This document shows positions 1 to 6,527 of a stretch of DNA of 32,000 nt, one piece after another. The first letter of the stretch is position 1, and each line of letters starts with the position of its first letter. The stretch spans positions 1,020,001 to 1,052,000 of the forward strand of contig NZ_CP147990.1 in the NCBI RefSeq assembly GCF_037902255.1. The letters run 5' to 3'. The translations under genes were made by a program, and so were the position numbers. The stretch is from Candidatus Electrothrix sp. GW3-4 (GTDB lineage: Bacteria > Desulfobacterota > Desulfobulbia > Desulfobulbales > Desulfobulbaceae). The notes under the pieces are model-generated. The model did not search any database. It was given only the letters and a program-made list of their open reading frames with translations, and was not told the DNA's origin.

Positions 1-320
1 TGTTTAAACGATCCCTTAACGAAGGAACCACAGAGGCTCAGGTTGTCAATAAAACCGTTATATTTTCCTGCACTAAAATGAAGGCGTACAGGCCGTTGAA
101 CTGCTACTCGGGAAAATTTGCGCTGATTGCTGTTATCCATATCTTTGCACAACTTTTCTAATTCTTCGAGTTCTTGATGCAACTTTTCTAAATAATAGGA
201 ATTTGTTTCGTAGAGACTTGGGTGCTTGTTTTTATAATTATCTCGTACCGTTTCAGTGTAATAGATTTTGATCTTTAACTCGTTAATACGGTGTTGTTTT
301 GTTTCTTGATTGTTGAGCAT
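1..320 (-). CDS. Hypothetical protein, N-terminal part; the ORF runs off the left edge of the window
   Basis: There is an ATG at 320-318 on the minus strand. I checked every TTA/CTA/TCA in that frame and it stays open to position 1. The ORF track omits it because it is truncated. Translation begins MLNNQETKQHRINELKIKIYYTETVRDNYKNKHPSLYETNSYYLEKLHQELEELEKLCKD. It is AT-rich and I recognise no family. Confidence 0.4.
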   Translation of the reverse strand, partial: MLNNQETKQHRINELKIKIYYTETVRDNYKNKHPSLYETNSYYLEKLHQELEELEKLCKDMDNSNQRKFSRVAVQRPVRLHFSAGKYNGFIDNLSLCGSFVKGSFK

Positions 321-860
321 GTTGTTCTTTATGATTATCTGTACGGTTAACCTCGTTTTTTAAAACGATATTCTGTGTAAAAAAATATAAAGAACACGTC
401 AGTGAAAATAAGTCAATAAAGAATCAATAGGTATTGGTAACGATTCATACTCGTTGTGGGACAGGGTACCTTGCAAAAAGTATCTATAACGGTATGATGT
501 TACGGCCCTGAAACCAGATCGCTCCGTGAAGCTGTGTCAGGAAGTCGAGCCCCAGTGGGCAAAGGAGACTGGATCTTGGGGAGAAATCTGCACAAGATGA
601 CTTGGCCTGTCTTCTCCATAACCTGTCGGGCTTCCGCATACGAGGCGATAATGACAGCGGTCGAACTGATTTCAGAAGCGAGTTGCGGAGTACTTTGTCA
701 TGATTTGTCAGCCTGAGTTTGAAAGAATGATTCAGGGTGCTGTTATCTCATGAACTGATCAAAATGTCTTGTGAAAGTAAGTCAGCAAAAAAAATACATT
801 CCAACTTGTTGGCAATGCTCCCTCTGTACATGCATCTTGGCTGACGGCTGCTTTACAGGA

Positions 861-1259
861 TCAGCGCAAGACATGGCGTGTTAAGAACTCATGTAGTTTA
901 TACGCATCATTTTGTTTATAGAAGTTCATATGAATGGGGTCTCGGTCACCGCGAATCCAGATAGCAAGCTCAGCGCCAAAATGGTGTTTTTCGTTTCCAA
1001 AACTAAACTTGGCTATTCCCATGTAAGGTATGGATGTGCATTCGGTATTTCCGAAGAAAATTCCTTTGTTATCAATGAGGAGAAGTCGTTTCTTCGTGAA
1101 TGCATAGAGATGTTGTCTGCAACTTTTTTTGCATTTTTTATAGGCAGTCTCGATTTCCTCTCCATCCAGGAGAAGTCTTTTATACTTATGATTAAGCTTC
1201 GATAGATTCTTTTCTCTAACTTTTCTTACCTTGTAAAAAAGCCCTATGAATAATGGCAT
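861..1259 (-). CDS. Bacterial PH-domain protein (bPH_1 / DUF1696-like)
   Basis: 132-aa ORF. The pattern YAFTKKRLLLIDNKG...TSIPYMGIAKFSF...AELAIWIRGDRDPIHMNFYK...LHEFL matches the remembered bPH layout (fT.kRll.vD..G....siPY..I..f..e...el.iwi.g). It sits in the AT-rich patch. Confidence 0.65.
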   Translation of the reverse strand: MPLFIGLFYKVRKVREKNLSKLNHKYKRLLLDGEEIETAYKKCKKSCRQHLYAFTKKRLLLIDNKGIFFGNTECTSIPYMGIAKFSFGNEKHHFGAELAIWIRGDRDPIHMNFYKQNDAYKLHEFLTRHVLR

Positions 1260-1462
1260 ACCATCCTCCTTGTTCAGTCAGTACTTGTAAGGTAGCGCCC
1301 AGCATAGCACTAAACTAGTTGATATGGTATGTATTATTTATGTTTTCCTGTAAAAATGTCAATAAAAACAAAATAATGGTAGGGCAGTGTTGAGGCAGAA
1401 TTTCACTGTGACACAATAGCGCCCGTTATGATATCCTGTTTACTCATCAACTTTATCGTAAG

Positions 1463-3400
1463 ATGCAGCACGAGATGTACAGTAAAAGCAGTAAAGGAGC
1501 CCTTACCAATCCCTTTAGCAATACCCGGGTCGACAGCCCGTTTCAGCAGCATATTGATCTGGATGCGGTCCATCGTGATGCCTTTATCCGCATAACCAAC
1601 CTGATCGACGAGATCAGGGGGGATAAGAATCAGCAGAGCCGGGGTGCGGTGGTGCTGGGTGTGGCTGGCAACGGCAAGACCCATTTGATGATGCGGCTGG
1701 CCCGTCATACCCTGAAGACCAATCGCCTCTTTTTTATTCGCCAGCCCAATCATGAAGAGGCGGTGTTCTATCATATCTACAGCCGGATGCTGGAGTCCTT
1801 TATCGAGCCGATCCCGGACACCGAATACTCGCAGCTGGAGTATCTCCTGGGCCGTAGTTTTTCCAAGATTGTCATCAAGACCCTTCAGGGCAGGAAGACC
1901 CTGAACAAAAAGGATGAGCATATCCTGCACGGTCTGTCCCAGGGCCAGCTCAATATCTATACCGTGCTGGGCAAGGAGGGGTCAGAGACCAAGCGGCGGA
2001 ACTGGGATTATATCGAACGCCAGACCTTGCAATGGTGGCAGGAGAGTTACGGTTTCAGTGATTATGCCTGCAATATCATCACCGGCCTGATTCGTTTTTG
2101 TCGTTATTCTGATGCCAATAAAAAGGAGCTGGTTCGGCGCTGGCTGGCTGGTCAGCATCTCTTAGAGAGTGAGCTTCAGGCGGTCAGGCTGGATAATTGG
2201 GAGGCAGAGCTGAGCCGGGAAGACTTTGCCCTTCAGGCTATGGTGGTCTTTGGCCGGCTCTCGGTGGTCGATGAGCCCCTGATTATAGTTTTTGATCAGC
2301 TGGAAGGGCTCAAGTATAATCAGGGGCTGCTGATCCGTTTCGGTGAGGCGGTCAAGGAGTTGTTTACCCATGTGCCCAACTGCCTGATGCTCTTTAATCT
2401 CTTTCCTGATCGCTGGCGTTTTTTCCGGCAACTCTTTGATGCCTCGGTTACGGAACGGATGGGTCAGTACCAGGTCGCTCTGGAATTGCCGGAGAAAACA
2501 GTATTGGCAAAGATGCTGGCTCTGAAGCTGGCTGAGGTTGATCTGGATAGTGAGACCCTGTTCAAGCCGGATGAATTGGAGATCATCCTCAGTCATGGTT
2601 CCATCCGCTCTGTGCTTAACTGCGCAGCAGAGTATTATCGCTATAAGCTGGAAGGTATTCCTCTGCCCACCAATACCCTGAGTTTTGAGGCAAGGGTTGA
2701 TCGGACCTTGCAAGAGCTGCGGCAGGAAATTGCCGAGTTACGCCAGCATCTATGCCTGGAAAAGAAACCTGATGCCGTGCCGCTTAACCCTGTGTCCAGG
2801 GAGGTGGTCAGTTATATTGAGCAGAAGCAGGGGCAACTTGCAGCAGTGTATAGCAGGAAGCAGATTATTAGTGATACGGACGATCTGGGGAAACTGCGCC
2901 TGATCCTTGATGCCTTACAACCACTGTATGGTTTTCGTCTTGATTATCTACGGCTTGGGAGGCGGCGCCTACCCGAACATGTGGTTATTCAGCACCAACA
3001 GCAGGGGGGAAAGCATGTTGGGAGTAAAAAGGTGGCTGTGGCCTTTCTTCATACTGATGCGTACACTTTTGCTCCGAGGATTAAGAATTTCAACCAGCTG
3101 GTTGTCGAGCATAAGGACATTCGTTTTGCCCTATTTCGGGATATCCGGGAACCGGAGATAAAGAGCAGGGTGGGCAAGGGCGAGATCGAAAAACTCAACA
3201 CGACCGAGAATGGGCGATTTATTCTCATGGATCGGCCCCAACGCATCCATTTTGAGTTGGTTCATCAGATTATCTCGGATATCCAGAACCACGATCTCCA
3301 TACGGAACCAGATCAGGTCATGCCTTTACTGGTGGAGATGATCGGTAAAGAATTCTGGTTGTTTCGGGCTATGGGGGGGGATCATCATGAGGAGAACTGA
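1463..3400 (+). CDS. P-loop NTPase of unknown function (AAA+-like, DnaA/Hda-style Walker motifs)
   Basis: 645-aa ORF with an ATG start. Walker A is GVAGNGKTHL at about residues 66-75 (nt ~1658-1687). A Walker-B-like LIIVFDQLEGL lies at residues 273-283, about 200 residues downstream. The C-terminal ~300 aa match no domain I recognise, and there are no TM segments. Confidence 0.8.
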   Translation: MQHEMYSKSSKGALTNPFSNTRVDSPFQQHIDLDAVHRDAFIRITNLIDEIRGDKNQQSRGAVVLGVAGNGKTHLMMRLARHTLKTNRLFFIRQPNHEEAVFYHIYSRMLESFIEPIPDTEYSQLEYLLGRSFSKIVIKTLQGRKTLNKKDEHILHGLSQGQLNIYTVLGKEGSETKRRNWDYIERQTLQWWQESYGFSDYACNIITGLIRFCRYSDANKKELVRRWLAGQHLLESELQAVRLDNWEAELSREDFALQAMVVFGRLSVVDEPLIIVFDQLEGLKYNQGLLIRFGEAVKELFTHVPNCLMLFNLFPDRWRFFRQLFDASVTERMGQYQVALELPEKTVLAKMLALKLAEVDLDSETLFKPDELEIILSHGSIRSVLNCAAEYYRYKLEGIPLPTNTLSFEARVDRTLQELRQEIAELRQHLCLEKKPDAVPLNPVSREVVSYIEQKQGQLAAVYSRKQIISDTDDLGKLRLILDALQPLYGFRLDYLRLGRRRLPEHVVIQHQQQGGKHVGSKKVAVAFLHTDAYTFAPRIKNFNQLVVEHKDIRFALFRDIREPEIKSRVGKGEIEKLNTTENGRFILMDRPQRIHFELVHQIISDIQNHDLHTEPDQVMPLLVEMIGKEFWLFRAMGGDHHEEN

Positions 3401-3482
3401 ACGGATCTTTTGAACCCTTTCAGGGTAGTTGAGAGGCCCCTCTGAGAGAAGCAGAATCTATGGGGCGGAATATATCAGCCCG

Positions 3483-3509
3483 GAGGAATACGCCGAATAT
3501 GCCGAATAC
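3483..3509. repeat. Three tandem 9-bp units (gaggaatac / gccgaatat / gccgaatac), plus a further GAATA at 3468-3472 and an inverted TATTC at 3524-3528
   Basis: Read directly from the sequence. The repeats lie in the 145-bp gap upstream of the first URO-D-like gene and just upstream of its RBS (GGGGGAGGA, 3532-3540). Confidence 0.6.
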
Positions 3510-3545
3510 GCTGGCTGGTGCAATATTCATAGGGGGAGGAATGTG

Positions 3546-4604
3546 ATGATGGGTAAACGACAGGGCGCGATAATGACAGCAATGGAGCGTGTGCTCACGA
3601 CCTTGGGGTATCAGGAACCGGACCGGGTCCCTTTTTTTCTGCTCTTGACCATGCACGGGGCCAGAGAGTTGGGCCTGGGTATTCAGGAATATTTTGCCAA
3701 GGCCGAGTATGTGGTGGAAGGCCAGTTGCGCATGCGCCGGAAATATGGGCACGACTGTCTCAATCCTTTTTGTTACGCAGCCATGGAGATAGAGGCCTTT
3801 GGTGGAGAGGTTATCTGGTTTGAGGACGGCCCGCCCAATAGCGGTGAACCAATTATCAAAACGGCAACAGATATCTTTTCTCTGCAGGCCCCGGAGGTAC
3901 ACAGCAGTCCCTGTCTTAACAGGGTGTTGAATATCATTCACTCCCTGAAAGAACAGGCCAGGGATGAGGTGCCGATTATCGGTACGGTCATCTCGCCCTT
4001 TTCCCTGCCTGTCATGCAGATGGGCTTTTCTGCCTATATTGAGCTGATGTATGAGCAGCCAGAACTGTTTGACCGGCTCATGGAGGTGAACCAGGAGTTT
4101 TGCGTGAACTGGGCCAATGCCCAGATCCAGGCTGGCGCCACTGCCATCTGCTATTTTGATCCCCTGACCTCACCGACCATCACCGCCCCTGGCGTACATC
4201 TGGAAAAAGGCTTTGCCGTTGCCCGTCAAACCCTGGCCAGGATCCAATCACCAACAGCCTTTCATCTGGCCTCGGGCAGGACCCTGGCCGTGGTTGATGA
4301 TATTATTGCCACGGGTTCGGCAGCCCTTGGCGTGAGCACAACAGAAGATCTCGGAGAGGTGAAAGCCGCCTGTCAGGGCAGGATGGCGGTGTTGGGAAAT
4401 TTCAACGGCATTGAAATGCGTCGCTGGACCCCGCAACAGGCAGAGGACAAGGTTCGGGAGGCTGTGGCCAAGGCAGCTGCTGGTGGCGGCTTTATCCTCT
4501 CTGATAATCACGGTGAGATCCCCTGGCAGGTCAGTGAAGAGGTCTTGCTGGCTCTTGCCGAGGCTGTGCATACATGGGGGAGGTACCCGCTTGTTGATTG
4601 CTAG
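3546..4604 (+). CDS. Uroporphyrinogen-decarboxylase (URO-D) family protein, MtaA/CmuA-like methyltransferase, paralog 1
   Basis: The ORF-track entry 3429-4604 starts at a TTG. I prefer the ATG at 3546, which is 5 nt after GGAGGA and aligns with the N-terminus of paralog 2 (MTAMERVLTTLGYQEPDRVPF vs MTSMERVLTSLAHKEPDRVPF). URO-D-family hallmarks are present: AGATAICYFDPLTSP, VLGNFNG, GGGFILSDN. Confidence 0.85.
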   Translation: MMGKRQGAIMTAMERVLTTLGYQEPDRVPFFLLLTMHGARELGLGIQEYFAKAEYVVEGQLRMRRKYGHDCLNPFCYAAMEIEAFGGEVIWFEDGPPNSGEPIIKTATDIFSLQAPEVHSSPCLNRVLNIIHSLKEQARDEVPIIGTVISPFSLPVMQMGFSAYIELMYEQPELFDRLMEVNQEFCVNWANAQIQAGATAICYFDPLTSPTITAPGVHLEKGFAVARQTLARIQSPTAFHLASGRTLAVVDDIIATGSAALGVSTTEDLGEVKAACQGRMAVLGNFNGIEMRRWTPQQAEDKVREAVAKAAAGGGFILSDNHGEIPWQVSEEVLLALAEAVHTWGRYPLVDC

Positions 4605-4650
4605 TGTTGTGCTATCTGTTTGAAAAGTAAAAGTAAAAATTGTTGTTCGG

Positions 4651-4679
4651 TTGACAGGTGCAGTTTCTCCGTATACTAT
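4651..4679 (+). promoter_or_regulatory. Sigma70-like promoter: TTGACA (4651-4656), 17-nt spacer, TACTAT (4674-4679)
   Basis: Perfect -35 hexamer, 17-nt spacer and a TAnnnT -10. It lies between the stop of paralog 1 (4604) and the corrinoid protein gene (4821). Confidence 0.35.
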
Positions 4680-4744
4680 AGGGCTATATGGGAAAGAGAT
4701 TGAAGAGATAACATAAGGTAAAATAAAATAAACACTGGCAGCGT

Positions 4745-4770
4745 AAGGTGAAGCCCCCCACCTTTTTTTT
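4745..4770 (+). terminator. Weak hairpin (AAGGTG / CACCTT) followed by a run of eight T; terminator or attenuator inside the leader of the corrinoid protein gene
   Basis: The stem pairs 4745-4750 with 4759-4764 around an 8-nt C-rich loop, and the T run spans 4763-4770. A second 6-bp hairpin (CTGTCC / GGACGG) follows at about 4779-4800. Both lie downstream of the predicted promoter. Confidence 0.3.
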
Positions 4771-4820
4771 ACGTTTTGCTGTCCCGTTTTCAAAGGACGG
4801 TTTGTTGGAAGTATTGATTA

Positions 4821-5459
4821 ATGATATCGCAAAAAAAAGAAGTTCAGACCTTTGTCGCTAAGCTTTTAAGGACTGATCGATTAGGTGCAGAAGAGATATT
4901 TAACGCTGTGCAAGAGCAGGGCTCCATGCCCCAGACGGTTGATCAACTCATCCTGCCAGCCTTGGAGACCATAGGACAAGGATGGGAAAAGGGGACAGTC
5001 GCCCTGGCCCAGGTCTATATGAGTAGCAGGATTTGTGAAGAACTGATGATCCATGTTCCCCTGTCCACCGCTCTGCAACATCCTGGATATCCGCGTATGG
5101 CGATAGCTGTCCTTGACGACTACCATCTTTTGGGAAAGATAATCGTCTCTGCCTGTTTACGGGCCAGTGGCTATGCATTCCAGGACTATGGTCGAGTGAC
5201 TTCTCAAGAGTTGGCCTGTAAAATAAAAAATGATTCTATAGAGATTATTCTTGTCTCCGCACTCATGCTTCGCTCTGCCTTGCAGATTAAGGAGGTCAAA
5301 CGTTTGCTTGTAGAGGCGGGCTCGCCAACCCGGATTGTTGTTGGCGGGGCACCGTTTCGTTTTGACCCCCTGCTTTGGAAGGAGGTGGGGGCTGATGCTA
5401 TGGGCGCAAATGCCGCAGAGGCCCTCTCCGCTATCTCCTCCTGTATAAAAACAATGTAA
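4821..5459 (+). CDS. Corrinoid (cobalamin) binding protein, MtaC/MtbC/MtsB-like
   Basis: 212 aa. The N-terminal helical cap (LILPALETIGQGWEKGTVALAQVYMSS) is followed by a Rossmann-type B12-binding domain. That domain carries the base-off/His-on signature DYHLLG (DxHxxG, residues 100-105, nt 5118-5135) and later SALM...VVGGAPF. Confidence 0.85.
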   Translation: MISQKKEVQTFVAKLLRTDRLGAEEIFNAVQEQGSMPQTVDQLILPALETIGQGWEKGTVALAQVYMSSRICEELMIHVPLSTALQHPGYPRMAIAVLDDYHLLGKIIVSACLRASGYAFQDYGRVTSQELACKIKNDSIEIILVSALMLRSALQIKEVKRLLVEAGSPTRIVVGGAPFRFDPLLWKEVGADAMGANAAEALSAISSCIKTM

Positions 5460-5468
5460 GGACAGAGC

Positions 5469-6527
5469 ATGGTTGTTGGAAACAAAAAGTCCGCAATGAC
5501 TTCAATGGAGCGTGTCCTGACGTCCTTAGCTCATAAGGAACCGGACAGGGTTCCGTTCTCTCTTATGCTGACCGTACACGGAGCCAGAGAACTGGGCCTG
5601 AGTATCAAGGAGTATTTTTCCAAGGCTGAATATGTGGTGGAAGGGCAGCTACGGATGTTGAAAAAATATCGGCACGACTGCGTGAATCCCTTTTGTGCCG
5701 CAGCAATGGCCGTGGAAGCCTTTGGCGGTGAGGTCCTCTGGTTTGAGGATGGCTCTCCAAACAGCGGCGAACCGATTATCACCACGGAAACGGATATCCT
5801 CTCCCTGCAGGTTCCGGAAATAGAGAGCAGTCCTTCTCTTGTCAGGATGCTGAAGATTATTGAGATGCTCAAAGAAAAGGTGGGAGAGGAGGTCCCTATT
5901 ATGGGGGTCGTGGTTTCCCCCTTCTCCCTGCCAGTTATGCAGATGGGTTTTTCCTCTTATATCGAGCTGATGCATGAACGTCCCGCGCTCTTTAACCGGC
6001 TTATGCAGGTGAATCAGGAGTTTTGTATTGCCTGGGCCAATACCCAGATCCTGGCCGGAGCAACTGCTATCTGTTATTTTGATGCCTTGCTCTCACCCTC
6101 TATCACCGCAGGTGCCCATCTTGAGACGGGATTCAAAATAGCACAGGACACCTTGGCCCGGATCAACAGCCCTTCGGTCATCCACATGGCAACAGCTGCC
6201 ACCCTGCCTGTTGTCGAAGAGGTTATCGCTGCCGGAGCCTCGGTAATCGGAGTGGGTATCCTGGATGATTTAGCCAAGTTGAAGGCCACCTGTCAGGGCA
6301 GACTGACAATTTTGGGCAACCTGAACGGGATTGCAATGCGTCGTTGGACACCGCAACAGGTTGAGAAAAAAGTGAAAGAGGTTATTGCCCAGGCCGCACC
6401 CGGTGGCGGTTTTATTCTTGCCGACAACGGTGAGATCCCTTGGCAGGTCGGTGAAGAGGTATTGACAGCTCTTTCAGTTGCCGCGCATAAATGGGGACGT
6501 TATCCTGTCTGCTGCCAAATGGGCTAG
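5469..6527 (+). CDS. URO-D family protein, MtaA/CmuA-like methyltransferase, paralog 2
   Basis: 352 aa with an ATG start preceded by AAGGA. It aligns colinearly with paralog 1 and is roughly two-thirds identical by eye. Confidence 0.85.
   Translation: MVVGNKKSAMTSMERVLTSLAHKEPDRVPFSLMLTVHGARELGLSIKEYFSKAEYVVEGQLRMLKKYRHDCVNPFCAAAMAVEAFGGEVLWFEDGSPNSGEPIITTETDILSLQVPEIESSPSLVRMLKIIEMLKEKVGEEVPIMGVVVSPFSLPVMQMGFSSYIELMHERPALFNRLMQVNQEFCIAWANTQILAGATAICYFDALLSPSITAGAHLETGFKIAQDTLARINSPSVIHMATAATLPVVEEVIAAGASVIGVGILDDLAKLKATCQGRLTILGNLNGIAMRRWTPQQVEKKVKEVIAQAAPGGGFILADNGEIPWQVGEEVLTALSVAAHKWGRYPVCCQMG

Noticed and set aside
534-716. 60-aa plus-strand ORF in the GC-richer island of the left intergenic region.
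   Set aside because: It has a GTG start, no RBS and a Cys/Ser-rich sequence. The opposite strand has a more protein-like but start-less frame, so I treat the segment as a remnant or unknown element rather than a gene.
3429-3545. TTG-initiated N-terminal extension of URO-D paralog 1 containing EYAEYAEYA.
   Set aside because: Paralog 2 has no counterpart. A strong GGAGGA RBS precedes the internal ATG at 3546. The EYA repeat is simply the 9-bp DNA tandem repeat read in frame.
4680-4820. Possible cobalamin riboswitch ahead of the B12-binding protein gene. GGGAAAG, CACTGGCAG and GGTGAAGCCCC resemble pieces of the B12-element.
   Set aside because: The pieces are in the wrong order relative to the remembered consensus (AGGGAA ... 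GGTGxAAxxCC ... GCCACTG). The leader is also too short and too AT-rich for the full multi-helix fold. I kept it only as an unclassified leader, and it needs a covariance-model scan.
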